From: Lachnospiraceae bacterium
GTDB lineage: Bacteria; Bacillota_I; Bacilli_A; RFN20; CAG-826
Direction of reading: 5' to 3'
DNA length: 64,000 nucleotides
Assembly: GCA_963643725.1 (NCBI GenBank)
Contig: CAVILR010000001.1
Location: 19,232-83,231 of the forward strand
Shown here piece after piece: positions 21,557 to 31,486 of the stretch. The position numbers and the translations under genes are program-made. The stretch's first letter is position 1; each line of letters starts with the position of its first letter. The notes under the pieces were generated by a model. It was not told the DNA's origin. It saw nothing but the letters and a program-made list of their open reading frames with translations, and made no database searches.

Positions 21557-22440
21557 ATAAAGAAAAAATCTTAATCGGTTCACATGTTTCCATGAAAGCT
21601 CCTGATTATTATTTAGGGAGCGTTAAAGAAGCTCTTTCTTATGGAGCGACTACTTTTATGTTTTATACTGGCGCCCCGCAGAATTCGTTTCGCTTGCCAT
21701 TAGAAAAATTGAAAATAGAGGAAGGCCGGCTTCTCGTCAAAGAAAACGGAATTGACGAGAGCAAAATAATCGTCCACGCTCCATACATTATTAATATCGC
21801 TAATCAACTTAATACAAAATTATACGAATCATCGAAGGAAATTTTACTTTCCGAAATTAAAAGAACATCTGCGTTCGGTTCAAAAATCATTGTTCTTCAT
21901 CCAGGGAGTCATGTTGGAACTGGCGTTACAAATGGTCTTGAATCTATTGTTAATGCTTTAGATGATGTTTTTTCTAAAGACGGAACAGATGTAGCAGTTG
22001 CTCTTGAGACCATGGCTGGGAAAGGTAATGAAATGGGAGCGAATTTTGAACAAATTCGTTACATCATCGACCACGTGAAAAATAAAGAGAGAGTTGGCGT
22101 ATGCTTTGATACATGCCACGTCAATGATGAAGGACTTGATGTTAAAGATATCGATAATGTTCTTGACGAATTCGACAGAGTTATCGGTTTGAATAAACTA
22201 TTATGCATTCATATAAATGATTCTAAAAATCCTCTTGGTTCGCATAAAGACCGACACGAAAATATTGGATATGGTGAAATTGGTTTCGACGCTATCGCAC
22301 GTTTTGTCCATCATCCTAAATTAATTGATATTCCTAAGATTTTAGAAACGCCATATGTCAATGAAAAACCTCCATACAAGATGGAGATTTCAATGCTTTT
22401 AGACAATAAATTTATTCTCGACTGGCGGGATAAATTATAA
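21553..22440 (+). CDS. nfo: Endonuclease IV
   Basis: HAPYIINIAN, HPGSH, CFDTCH and HINDS metal-site motifs. Confidence 0.93.
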   Translation: MNKEKILIGSHVSMKAPDYYLGSVKEALSYGATTFMFYTGAPQNSFRLPLEKLKIEEGRLLVKENGIDESKIIVHAPYIINIANQLNTKLYESSKEILLSEIKRTSAFGSKIIVLHPGSHVGTGVTNGLESIVNALDDVFSKDGTDVAVALETMAGKGNEMGANFEQIRYIIDHVKNKERVGVCFDTCHVNDEGLDVKDIDNVLDEFDRVIGLNKLLCIHINDSKNPLGSHKDRHENIGYGEIGFDAIARFVHHPKLIDIPKILETPYVNEKPPYKMEISMLLDNKFILDWRDKL

Positions 22441-23496
22441 TTTCTTAATTTCTTTTATAAATTCGTTATAGATATTTTTATCGTCAACTTTTTTAATTAT
22501 TTTATCTTTTTTAAAGATAACCCATTCATTTTTTCCACCTGCGCAGCCAAGATCCGCTCTTTTGGCCTCACCTGGTCCATTAACTATACAACCCATGACC
22601 GCAATCGTTTTATTAATATGATTTTCTTCTAAATAGGTAAGTATTTTATTGGCTAGAGGGACAAGATTTACTTGTGTTCGTCCGCACGTTGGGCAAGAAA
22701 TGAGCATTGGGTAATTATTTCGAATGCCTAAATCTTTTAATAATCGCGTACAAGCTTTGATTTCTTCCTCGGGTTCATCGCTTAATGAAATGCGGATTGT
22801 ATCGCCGATACCTTCAAGTAGAATCGGAGCTATTCCGGCTACGCTTCTAATTAAACCGACATCTTTTGGACCTGCTTCAGTAATGCCGACATGCAATGGA
22901 TAATTAAAATATTTGCTAGCCAATCTATATGCTTCAATTGTTTCTAAAACATGACTTCCTTTTAAGGAGATGACTATGTTATAAAAGCCAAAATCTTCGA
23001 GTATTTTTACCATCTTTTTTGCCGATTCAACAAGTTGAGCGGCTTCAACAATTGATGTATCGTTATTAACATTTTTATCAATCGAACCCGAATTTACGCC
23101 GACGCGAATGGGTATGTTTTTCTCTTTACATAATTCGACAACTTTTTTTACATTTTCATTTGAACCAATATTTCCAGGATTAATTCTTATCGCATCCGCG
23201 CCCGAAAGAATTGATTCGATAGCTAAACGATAATCAAAGTGTATATCTGCGATTAAAGGAATATTAATTCCTTTCTTAATCTCTTTTATCGCTTTTGCAT
23301 CATCAAAATCTAAGACGGAAACGCGCATCAAATCAGCCCCTAATGATTGGCAACGGTTAATTTGATCTATAACTTCTTTTACATTGCTTGTTTTAATATT
23401 ACACATCGATTGGATTAAAACGTTATTAGTTCCGCCGATGGATGTGTTTCCAACTTTTATTTTTTTAGTATTTTCTCTAGATAATTTATTCGACAT
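22435..23496 (-). CDS. ispG: 4-hydroxy-3-methylbut-2-en-1-yl diphosphate synthase (MEP pathway)
   Basis: GcpE family: TIM-barrel N-terminus and C-terminal cluster Cys CPTCGR...GCIVNGPGE. Confidence 0.93.
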   Translation of the reverse strand: MSNKLSRENTKKIKVGNTSIGGTNNVLIQSMCNIKTSNVKEVIDQINRCQSLGADLMRVSVLDFDDAKAIKEIKKGINIPLIADIHFDYRLAIESILSGADAIRINPGNIGSNENVKKVVELCKEKNIPIRVGVNSGSIDKNVNNDTSIVEAAQLVESAKKMVKILEDFGFYNIVISLKGSHVLETIEAYRLASKYFNYPLHVGITEAGPKDVGLIRSVAGIAPILLEGIGDTIRISLSDEPEEEIKACTRLLKDLGIRNNYPMLISCPTCGRTQVNLVPLANKILTYLEENHINKTIAVMGCIVNGPGEAKRADLGCAGGKNEWVIFKKDKIIKKVDDKNIYNEFIKEIKKL

Positions 23497-23583
23497 GTAA
23501 TTATTATAATCTTAGAAAATATCTTGTAGATATCTTTTTTCTAGTGTGGTATTATCTTACTTGCTTAAAAAAGGAGTGAATTT

Positions 23584-23745
23584 ATGGCCAACAAAGTTCG
23601 AACCAGTATTACATTAAAGTGCACTGTCTGCGGTGAAGAAAATTACATCACCAGCAAAAACAAAAAAGAGCATCCTGATAGAATGGAAATCAAAAAATAT
23701 TGCCCTCGATGCAAAAAACAAACAATCCATAAGGAGAAAAAATAA
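23584..23745 (+). CDS. rpmG: Ribosomal protein L33 (53 aa, absent from the ORF track)
   Basis: Hand translation gives [61 protein letters not shown] lies upstream. Confidence 0.92.
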   Translation: MANKVRTSITLKCTVCGEENYITSKNKKEHPDRMEIKKYCPRCKKQTIHKEKK

Positions 23746-23763
23746 GGACTTAGTCCTTTTTTT
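23744..23763 (+). terminator. Rho-independent terminator after rpmG
   Basis: AAGGACT/AGTCCTT hairpin followed by a T-run. Confidence 0.7.
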
Positions 23764-23766
23764 ATA

Positions 23767-24390
23767 ATGGTTGATATCTTCGAAACAAAAGAAGCTTGTA
23801 CATCTTATTTGATGTGGAACGCAAATCGTGAAGGATTCATTGTCGATCCTGGCTATAACGAGCACAATTGTTTAATTGATCATATTAAGAAAATGGGCGT
23901 TGATATAAAAGCCATTTTATTAACGCATGCTCATTATGACCACATTGGAGCGTTAGAAGATGTTTTTAAAATGTTTCCAAACGCTCTTTGTTATATTCAT
24001 AAAAATGATGTCAATCTCTTGACTGATCCGCATAAAAATTTGAGCTATTTCACTAAAGAACTCGATTTTATGCCAACAAATTTGTATGAACTCGAGGACG
24101 AGGAAACATTCGTCGTCGCGGGTTTTCAAATCAAAGTCCTTCACACACCGTTTCATACGCATGGAAGTTGCTGCTATTATTTAGCAAAGGAAAATATCCT
24201 TTTCTCAGGAGATACATTGTTTTATTCTTCTATTGGCAGAACTGATTTGCCAACTGGCTCGAATAGGACAATAAATTCTAGTCTAGCTAAATTGTTAAAA
24301 CTTCCTGATGAAACGCTTGTTTATCCAGGACACGGTTCTAAAACAACATTAGGACGCGAAAAGAACTATAATTCATATTTAAAGATATGA
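23767..24390 (+). CDS. Metallo-beta-lactamase-fold hydrolase (YqgX/glyoxalase II-like)
   Basis: THAHYDHIG motif plus downstream His/Asp ligands (HTPFHTHG, GDTLF, PGHG). Confidence 0.85.
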   Translation: MVDIFETKEACTSYLMWNANREGFIVDPGYNEHNCLIDHIKKMGVDIKAILLTHAHYDHIGALEDVFKMFPNALCYIHKNDVNLLTDPHKNLSYFTKELDFMPTNLYELEDEETFVVAGFQIKVLHTPFHTHGSCCYYLAKENILFSGDTLFYSSIGRTDLPTGSNRTINSSLAKLLKLPDETLVYPGHGSKTTLGREKNYNSYLKI

Positions 24391-24430
24391 TGAATATAGT
24401 ATAATATTCATTGCTTAAGGAGAGAAAAAA

Positions 24431-24985
24431 ATGAACGTTACTGAATTAAGACCAGGAAACTATTTCATTGATGAGGGTAACCTCTATCAGGTTATGGACA
24501 TCCTACTAAACAAAACCGCGATGCGTAAAATGGTTGCCAAGGTTAAAGCTAAAAATATGCGCACGGGTGCGATTACCGAATTAGCTCGTAACAGCGGTTA
24601 CGAGGTTGAAAAAGCGATTTTATCCAAGAAGAAAATGGCATTTTTATACGATGCCGGCGATAATTTAGTGTTTATGGATAACACGACTTTCGACCAAATC
24701 GAAATTGCTAAAAAGCGACTCGAATGGGAAGTTAATTTCCTCGTGCCAAATTCTGAAATTGATATTTTATTTTTCGATGATGAAATTCTTGGTATTACGC
24801 TACCATCTAGCGTCGCTTTAAAAATCACAGATTGTGAACCAGGCGTTCGCGGCGATACTGTCAATAAAGCTATGAAATTAGCGACCGTAGAAACTGGCTA
24901 CCAACTCAAGGTCCCATTATTTATTAATAATGGTGAGACAATTCTTGTGCGCACAGACACAGGCGCTTACGACGGCCGCGCATAA
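24431..24985 (+). CDS. efp: Translation elongation factor P
   Basis: 184 aa, LRPGNYF N-terminus, and three-domain EF-P collinearity. SD AAGGAGAG. Confidence 0.93.
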   Translation: MNVTELRPGNYFIDEGNLYQVMDILLNKTAMRKMVAKVKAKNMRTGAITELARNSGYEVEKAILSKKKMAFLYDAGDNLVFMDNTTFDQIEIAKKRLEWEVNFLVPNSEIDILFFDDEILGITLPSSVALKITDCEPGVRGDTVNKAMKLATVETGYQLKVPLFINNGETILVRTDTGAYDGRA

Positions 24986-24996
24986 AGGAGAATAAG

Positions 24997-25212
24997 ATGG
25001 ATACTGGAGCAGTTGTTGGAATTGCTATTGGCTGTGCTATTGTCGGTCTTGTTATTGGTTTCTTTTTATCGCGTTGGTTTTTTAAGAAGCAACTTCAAAA
25101 GAATCCACCAATAAACGAGAAGATGATTCGTGCGATGTTTATGCAAATGGGAAGAAAGCCTAGTGAAGCTCAAGTTCGCGCAGTCATGAATTCAATGAAA
25201 CGCAATCAATAA
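24997..25212 (+). CDS. yneF: UPF0154 small membrane protein (YneF family)
   Basis: One N-terminal TM helix, then KKQLQKNPPINEKMIRAMFMQMGRKPSEAQV, typical of the family. Confidence 0.8.
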   Translation: MDTGAVVGIAIGCAIVGLVIGFFLSRWFFKKQLQKNPPINEKMIRAMFMQMGRKPSEAQVRAVMNSMKRNQ

Positions 25213-25230
25213 AAAACTTAGTTAAAAATC

Positions 25231-25257
25231 AGCATCGTTAACGCGATGCTTTTTTTG
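25231..25257 (+). terminator. Rho-independent terminator after yneF
   Basis: AGCATCG-ttaacg-CGATGCT hairpin followed by TTTTTTT. Confidence 0.8.
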
Positions 25258-25563
25258 TCAATTTAAAAGAAAATAATTAAAATAAATCAGACGAATAGTA
25301 ACAAAACTATTACAAATTAATTTCAGTTAAATGACGCACTTGTTAGTGGTGGCGGTGTAACTCTTTTCATATATAAAACGCGAGTAAATTAAAGACTTTT
25401 TGTTTAGATTATGATTTAATCATTAATTTTTAACGTATTTATATTTTAATTAAAAAAATGTCAATCAAAAACACGAATAAAATCGAATTAATTTTGACCA
25501 TAAATTTTGATGTGGATAATTTTCCACTTATTAAATATCTACTAAAAAACTACTAAGTGAAAA

Positions 25564-26295
25564 CTATTTCATCCAAGAAATTTTGCGTTCGTTTCCTTTT
25601 AGGAGTCGCGATATATTTGCCTTATGTCTAACGATTAATATGAATGCAATCATCGTGGTGACGCTAGCGAATTCCCAGCCGCACACTAAATAGCTGCCTG
25701 CTCCCCACATAAAAATGTCAACCGTAAATGTTGGAACGTTAACTTTCAATATGTATAAAACCCATGTTAATAACGTTGCAGATATCGCCGTGATAATCGA
25801 TGCAAGTGAAACATATTTTTTTATCTTAAGTGTCGTGAAGAAAGCGATTAGACCGACAAGAAAGCCAAGCCAGCAAGAAGAAATAATAAATCCACAAAAT
25901 GTTGCGACGGCTTTTCCACCTTTAAAACCGGCAAATATTGGCCAGCAATGTCCAATCGCCACGCCTAGAGGTGCTAGATAAATATATAAAACATGAAAAT
26001 TTGTCCATGCATCCGAGGCTAGTAATGTGGCTAATCCTGAAAATTTTACAATGGCCCAAACGCTGACTGTTGGGATGAGACATTTTAGCATGTCAAATAT
26101 AATGACGAATATGCCTGCTTTCTTCCCAAACACTCTTCCAACATTTGTCCCTCCGCTATTATGAGAGCCTTCTTTACGCGGATCGCGATGGAAAAAAACT
26201 TTTCCAATAATTACTCCGGTTGGTATACTGCCGAATAAATATCCGAATAGAAGAGAACAAAATCCAACAACTATATTATATAAAATAATATCCAT
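25564..26295 (-). CDS. plsY: Glycerol-3-phosphate acyltransferase PlsY (long form, 243 aa)
   Basis: GSHNSGGTNVGR motif and a polytopic membrane profile. It is divergent from parE, as in Firmicutes. Confidence 0.9.
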   Translation of the reverse strand: MDIILYNIVVGFCSLLFGYLFGSIPTGVIIGKVFFHRDPRKEGSHNSGGTNVGRVFGKKAGIFVIIFDMLKCLIPTVSVWAIVKFSGLATLLASDAWTNFHVLYIYLAPLGVAIGHCWPIFAGFKGGKAVATFCGFIISSCWLGFLVGLIAFFTTLKIKKYVSLASIITAISATLLTWVLYILKVNVPTFTVDIFMWGAGSYLVCGWEFASVTTMIAFILIVRHKANISRLLKGNERKISWMK

Positions 26296-26356
26296 TTTTT
26301 GCTCCTATGAACTTTTTCATAATACAAAAAAGTATATTACTTTTCAACCGCTTATT

Positions 26357-26365
26357 TGGTATAAT
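26357..26365 (+). promoter_or_regulatory. Extended -10 element upstream of parE
   Basis: TGgTATAAT about 27 nt upstream of the parE ATG. Confidence 0.4.
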
Positions 26366-26391
26366 CAATTTTTGAAAATTGAGTATAAATA

Positions 26392-28335
26392 ATGGAAAAC
26401 ACTAAAATTGAAAAGAATTATTCCGCCGCCGATATCGAGATTCTAGATGGCTTAGCAGGCGTTAGAAAAAGACCGGGCATGTATATTGGCCCGACAAATT
26501 CTACTGGACTGCATCATTTAGTTTGGGAAATTGTCGACAACGCTATCGATGAAGCTTTAAATGGCTTTGGTAATGTAATTACGATTACTCTCCATCGCGA
26601 TGGCTCGGTGTCAGTGCTAGATGAAGGCCGCGGAATACCAGTTGATATTCATAAGGGTAGCGGAATGCCTGCTGTGCAACTTATTTTTTCTACTTTGCAT
26701 AGTGGAGGTAAGTTTTCATCGAAGGTTTATTCGTCTTCCGGTGGACTTCATGGCGTTGGTTCAACCGCCACGAATGCGTTGAGTGAATATTGTGACGTCA
26801 CCGTGTTTCGCGATAACAAAATTTATCATCTTCGCTTCGAAAATGGCGGAAAGCTTGTCACCCCTTTGGAGGTTATTGGAACGACGAAAAAACATGGTAC
26901 GCTCGTTCGCTTTAAACCAGATGCTAAGATTTTCTCAACTACTAATTTTCAATTCGATATTATAGCTAACCACGTTCAAGAAAGTGCGTTCTTGCTCAAG
27001 GGAGTTAAGTTTGTAGTTTTAGAAGAAAAAACTGGTCGAAGAGCAGAACTTTGTTATAAACAAGGTTTAAAGGAATATGTCGAATTCCTTAATAAGGAAA
27101 AAACTCCTTTAGGCGAAGTTATTTCCTTTAACGGTGAAGAAGATCAAATAAAAATAGAAATCGCATTTCAGTATTGCGATAAAGATTATGGCGAATATAT
27201 CTATTCCTACGCTAACAACGTTCGAACTCGTGATGGAGGAACGCACGAAGTCGGCTTTAAAAGTGGAATTACTAAAGCGGTTAATGATTACGCCGTTGAT
27301 AATCAGTTAGTTAAAAATAAAATCAAACTTGAAGGAAGCGATATTCGTGAGGGATTAACCGCAGTTATTTCCTTAAAAATGCCTGAACAAAAAACATTAT
27401 TTGAAAGCCAAACTAAGCAAAAACTTTATACGCCCGAGGCTTTAACTATCGTAAACAATTTTGTTTATAACAACTTCACGTATTATCTTAATGAGCACAA
27501 AGAATTTGCAGTCAACCTAATTAAAAAATGTATTCAATCGCAAAACGCTCGTTTAGCGGCTCGTAAAGCAAAAGATGAAATCCATAACAACAAAAAGATT
27601 AAAAGCGATGTCATTTTATCGAATAAATTAACCCCAGCTCAATCGAAAGATTACGATAAAAACGAATTATTCATTGTCGAAGGGCAATCTGCAGGAGGTA
27701 CGGCGAGGAATGGTCGCGATAGACTGCATCAAGCTATTCTCCCTTTAAGAGGAAAACCTTTGAATACCGATTCAATAAGCGTGGAAAGAATGCTTAAAAA
27801 CGAAGAATTCGCCACTTTAGTTAATACGATTGGTGCCGGATTTTCCGATAATTTTAATATTGATAACTCGCATTATGGCAAAGTTATTATCATGACTGAT
27901 GCTGACACTGATGGCGCTCATATTCAAACTCTTTTAATCACATTTTTCTATAACTACATGAAGCCGTTAATTTTAAAAGGTAGATTATTCGTGGCGATGC
28001 CGCCTTTATATCGCGTATCAAAAGAAGTTAACCACAAATTAGTTTATCGATATGCTTGGGATGATGAAGATTTAGAAAAAGCCAAAAAAGAAATTGGCGC
28101 TGGATATCGCATATCTCGCTATAAAGGTTTAGGCGAAATGGATGCTAGTCAGTTATGGGAATCGACAATGAATCCAGCGACTCGACAACTGTGCAAGGTG
28201 ACGATTGAAGATCCAGTCGCCGCCGCGCGAGAGATTTCAATTTTAATGGGTAACGATACAGTTATTCGTCGTCAATGGGTTGAAGAAAATGTCAATTTCT
28301 CAGAGGTTGATGATTTTATTGATGAGGTGAAATGA
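26392..28335 (+). CDS. parE: DNA topoisomerase IV subunit B
   Basis: GHKL ATPase (GLHHLVWEIVDNAIDE) and TOPRIM (EGQSAGG, DADTDGAHI). I call ParE because the partner carries KPVQRR and because plsY is adjacent. Confidence 0.85.
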   Translation: MENTKIEKNYSAADIEILDGLAGVRKRPGMYIGPTNSTGLHHLVWEIVDNAIDEALNGFGNVITITLHRDGSVSVLDEGRGIPVDIHKGSGMPAVQLIFSTLHSGGKFSSKVYSSSGGLHGVGSTATNALSEYCDVTVFRDNKIYHLRFENGGKLVTPLEVIGTTKKHGTLVRFKPDAKIFSTTNFQFDIIANHVQESAFLLKGVKFVVLEEKTGRRAELCYKQGLKEYVEFLNKEKTPLGEVISFNGEEDQIKIEIAFQYCDKDYGEYIYSYANNVRTRDGGTHEVGFKSGITKAVNDYAVDNQLVKNKIKLEGSDIREGLTAVISLKMPEQKTLFESQTKQKLYTPEALTIVNNFVYNNFTYYLNEHKEFAVNLIKKCIQSQNARLAARKAKDEIHNNKKIKSDVILSNKLTPAQSKDYDKNELFIVEGQSAGGTARNGRDRLHQAILPLRGKPLNTDSISVERMLKNEEFATLVNTIGAGFSDNFNIDNSHYGKVIIMTDADTDGAHIQTLLITFFYNYMKPLILKGRLFVAMPPLYRVSKEVNHKLVYRYAWDDEDLEKAKKEIGAGYRISRYKGLGEMDASQLWESTMNPATRQLCKVTIEDPVAAAREISILMGNDTVIRRQWVEENVNFSEVDDFIDEVK

Positions 28336-28336
28336 G

Positions 28337-30958
28337 ATGGCAAAGAAAACGCAAAATCAACAACCTATTGATATGGAAATTGTTGAAAATATCCATAATG
28401 AAACTGTCGAACAAATCATGGGAAGTCGCTATGCGACTTATGCTAAATATGTCATTCAAGATAGAGCAATTCCTGATGCTCGCGATGGTTTAAAACCTGT
28501 CCAACGTCGAATTATTTATTCGATGTATAAATCTGGGAATATATTTACTCGACCAACGCGCAAATCTGCGCATACAGTTGGCGAGGTTATGGCTAAATAT
28601 CATCCGCATGGTGACTCTTCAATTTATGAAGCTTTAGTGAGAATGTCTCAGGATTGGAAATCGAATCATCCACTTGTCGATTTTCAAGGAAACAATGGTT
28701 CGATCGATGGCGATATGGCCGCGGCCTATCGTTATACAGAAGCTCGTCTAAGCCAAATCGCTGAAGAGATGGTTAGAGACATCGATAAAGATACAGTCGA
28801 AATGGCGCTCACATTTGATGATTCTGAATTCGAGCCAGTAGTTTTACCAGCTCGTTTTCCTAATTTATTAGTTAATGGTTCAGAAGGAATTGCAGTTGCA
28901 TTAGCAACTGAAATACCAACTCACAACCTTCGTGAAGTTATTGATGCAGTCATATATCGCATCAATCACGTAAAAGTTGAGCCTATAGATTTGATGCAAT
29001 TTGTTCCTGCCCCGGATTTTCCAACAGGTGGATATATTTATAACAGTCAAGGTTTAACCGATATTTATACAACTGGTCGTGGACGCATTGAAATCGCTTC
29101 GAAAACCGAAATCGTTAACGAATCTAATAATAAGCAAATCATCATAACTGAAATCCCTTTTAAGACAATTAAAATCGATTTGGTCTATGAAATTGATAAA
29201 TTGATTCACGACAAAACTATTTCCGGAATGAGTGAAGTCCGTGATGAAAGCGATCGTAAAGGTCTACGCATTGTCGTCGATTTAAAAAAGGACGCCAACG
29301 TCGAACTTATTCATAAATATTTAATGAATAAAACAGGATTAAAAGTTAGCTATTCAGTTAATTCGGTCGCCATTGTGAATGGACGTCCTAAGACGATGAA
29401 CTTGCTCGATTTTATCGATGCTTTTATCGACCATCAAGTCGATGTCATCACCCGTAGAACCAACTTTGATTTAAGGAAAGATGAATCTCGTCTTGAGATT
29501 GTTAACGGCTTAATTAAAGCTATTTCTATTCTCGATGAAGTCGTCAAAGTTATCCGCGCGAGCAAAGATAAAAGCGATGCAAAACACAATTTGCAAGAAA
29601 CATTTCAATTTAGTGAGGCGCAAAGCGAAGCGATTGTCATGCTTCAACTTTATAAGTTATCTAATACCGATATTACAACTTTGAAGAATGAAAAAGATAC
29701 AATTGAGAAAGAAATTGAATTTTTCAAAGGAATCTTATCCGATCGTAAAAAGCTCGATCGCCTCTTAATTAGCGAGTTAAAAACAATTGCTAATAAATAT
29801 GGCAGAGAGAGAAAAACTCAGATAATTGAAAAAGCTGAACCTATTAACTTTGATAAGCGTGATTTAATTTCTAAAGAAGAGATTATGATCGCAGTTTCTC
29901 GAGATGGATATGTTAAATATTCATCGTTGAAATCATATCGTAGCAGTGGAGTTAATGCTTTGCCTGGTCTTAAAGAAGGCGATACTTGTGTATATGCTGG
30001 GAAAGCGATGACGACCGATTATTTAATTTGTTTTACCAATATCGGCAATTTCTTATATATTCCAGTTCATAAATTGAGCGAAACGAAATGGAAAGATGAA
30101 GGTAAACACATCAATTATTTAATCAATCTCAATCCAAATGAAAAGATTATAAAAGCCTTTGCAATCGAAGAATTTAGAAAAGATTTGTTCTTTGTTCTCA
30201 TCTCCAAACATGGACAGATTAAGCGATTAGCGTTATCTGATTTCTCTGTTGTCCGCTATAGCAAACCACTTATGTGTATGAAGCTACTTCAAGATGATGA
30301 ATTATGCGATATTTGTTTTACAAACGGTGATTCAAACCTTCTCATCTTTGCTAGTAATGGCACATCAACTTGTTTTAACGAAAATGAATTATCATTATCT
30401 TCGATGCGTTCAGGTGGTGTTAAAGGAGTTTCATCATTAAAGAAATCTAACGTTGCATCCTTATTAGCGTATGATAAAGACAACACAAGAGGCAAAACCA
30501 TCCTTGTAACTGATAAAGGATGCGTAAGAATATACGATGTATCCAATACTTTATTGACAAATCGTTTAGGGAAATTGAGCGTTGTATTTAAGACGTTTAA
30601 AAACGAACCACACGAATTAGTGTACGTAAAGAAAATTACTGATTTAGCGAATCCAACACTTATTCATTTTCTTGACAAAGATAAAGCTATATTCGATGTA
30701 AATGTCGATGATTATCATGTAACTCCATTAGACCGTTATGCGAAAACATCGATCGAAATCGCAAAGAGAAATTCACTTGTTATTCCTTTTGTCGAAGGTG
30801 ATGAGCGAATCGATAAAAACATCGTTTCTTATTACGTAGAAAAAGATGAAGTTCCTGCTACGGAAGAAGCATCCTTAGAAACATCTGATGTTAATAGCGA
30901 AGAAGAAAATGTAGAAGAAAAGGGCTATACGCAGATATCGATATTTGATGAGGATTAA
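28337..30958 (+). CDS. parC: DNA topoisomerase IV subunit A
   Basis: DGLKPVQRRIIY (Gln as in ParC; GyrA has His) and the catalytic Tyr context AAYRYTEARL. Confidence 0.85.
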   Translation: MAKKTQNQQPIDMEIVENIHNETVEQIMGSRYATYAKYVIQDRAIPDARDGLKPVQRRIIYSMYKSGNIFTRPTRKSAHTVGEVMAKYHPHGDSSIYEALVRMSQDWKSNHPLVDFQGNNGSIDGDMAAAYRYTEARLSQIAEEMVRDIDKDTVEMALTFDDSEFEPVVLPARFPNLLVNGSEGIAVALATEIPTHNLREVIDAVIYRINHVKVEPIDLMQFVPAPDFPTGGYIYNSQGLTDIYTTGRGRIEIASKTEIVNESNNKQIIITEIPFKTIKIDLVYEIDKLIHDKTISGMSEVRDESDRKGLRIVVDLKKDANVELIHKYLMNKTGLKVSYSVNSVAIVNGRPKTMNLLDFIDAFIDHQVDVITRRTNFDLRKDESRLEIVNGLIKAISILDEVVKVIRASKDKSDAKHNLQETFQFSEAQSEAIVMLQLYKLSNTDITTLKNEKDTIEKEIEFFKGILSDRKKLDRLLISELKTIANKYGRERKTQIIEKAEPINFDKRDLISKEEIMIAVSRDGYVKYSSLKSYRSSGVNALPGLKEGDTCVYAGKAMTTDYLICFTNIGNFLYIPVHKLSETKWKDEGKHINYLINLNPNEKIIKAFAIEEFRKDLFFVLISKHGQIKRLALSDFSVVRYSKPLMCMKLLQDDELCDICFTNGDSNLLIFASNGTSTCFNENELSLSSMRSGGVKGVSSLKKSNVASLLAYDKDNTRGKTILVTDKGCVRIYDVSNTLLTNRLGKLSVVFKTFKNEPHELVYVKKITDLANPTLIHFLDKDKAIFDVNVDDYHVTPLDRYAKTSIEIAKRNSLVIPFVEGDERIDKNIVSYYVEKDEVPATEEASLETSDVNSEEENVEEKGYTQISIFDED

Positions 30959-30963
30959 CTTTT

Positions 30964-31485
30964 ATGTGCAAGCGATTCGTACCTTATGCAACCGCGAAAA
31001 GTGTCTATGATATAGAACCTAGTTTCTTTAAAAAAGAAAACATTAAATATTTATTATTAGATTTAGATAATACATTAGACTCCTATAAAGAGATGACGCC
31101 TCGAAAAGACGCACATTTATTAAAAGAAAGATTAGAACAAATTGGCATAATTCCGATCATCGTCTCAAACAATAGAGGAAAAAGAGTGCGAACATACGCT
31201 CAAGCCTTGGGTGTTAAATATTTTAATTCCGTCGGCAAACCTTTCACATTTAAATTTAAGAAGATTCTCAAGCGAGAAAATATTAAGACAAATGAAGTCA
31301 TGCTCATAGGCGACCAACTTATCACAGATATTGCTATGAGCAATAGAGCTAAGATAAAATCTATATATGTAGAGAAACTAGTTAAAGAAGATCAAATAAC
31401 AACTAGATTTAATCGTTTGTTTGAAAAACCAATAAAACATATCTTAACGAAAAAGCGATTATTCATCGACTGGAAGGAGAAATAA
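30964..31485 (+). CDS. yqeG: YqeG-family HAD-IIIA phosphatase
   Basis: DLDNTL nucleophile motif and GDQLITDI. Synteny before yqeH. Confidence 0.82.
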   Translation: MCKRFVPYATAKSVYDIEPSFFKKENIKYLLLDLDNTLDSYKEMTPRKDAHLLKERLEQIGIIPIIVSNNRGKRVRTYAQALGVKYFNSVGKPFTFKFKKILKRENIKTNEVMLIGDQLITDIAMSNRAKIKSIYVEKLVKEDQITTRFNRLFEKPIKHILTKKRLFIDWKEK

Positions 31486-31486
31486 G

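Noticed and set aside
25511-25528. A perfect DnaA box (TGTGGATAA) with an adjacent inverted near-box, considered as part of oriC.
   Set aside because: No dnaA or dnaN is nearby, and there is only one perfect box. Gene orientation converges rather than diverges in this window, and a dif site lies 8.6 kb away, so this is the terminus side of the chromosome. A single 9-mer match is also plausible by chance in AT-rich DNA.
26392-30958. The type II topoisomerase pair could be gyrB-gyrA.
   Set aside because: The A subunit has KPVQRR (the ParC signature; GyrA has KPVHRR). The pair is adjacent to plsY, as parE-parC are in Firmicutes. No dnaA-dnaN-recF-gyrB context is present.
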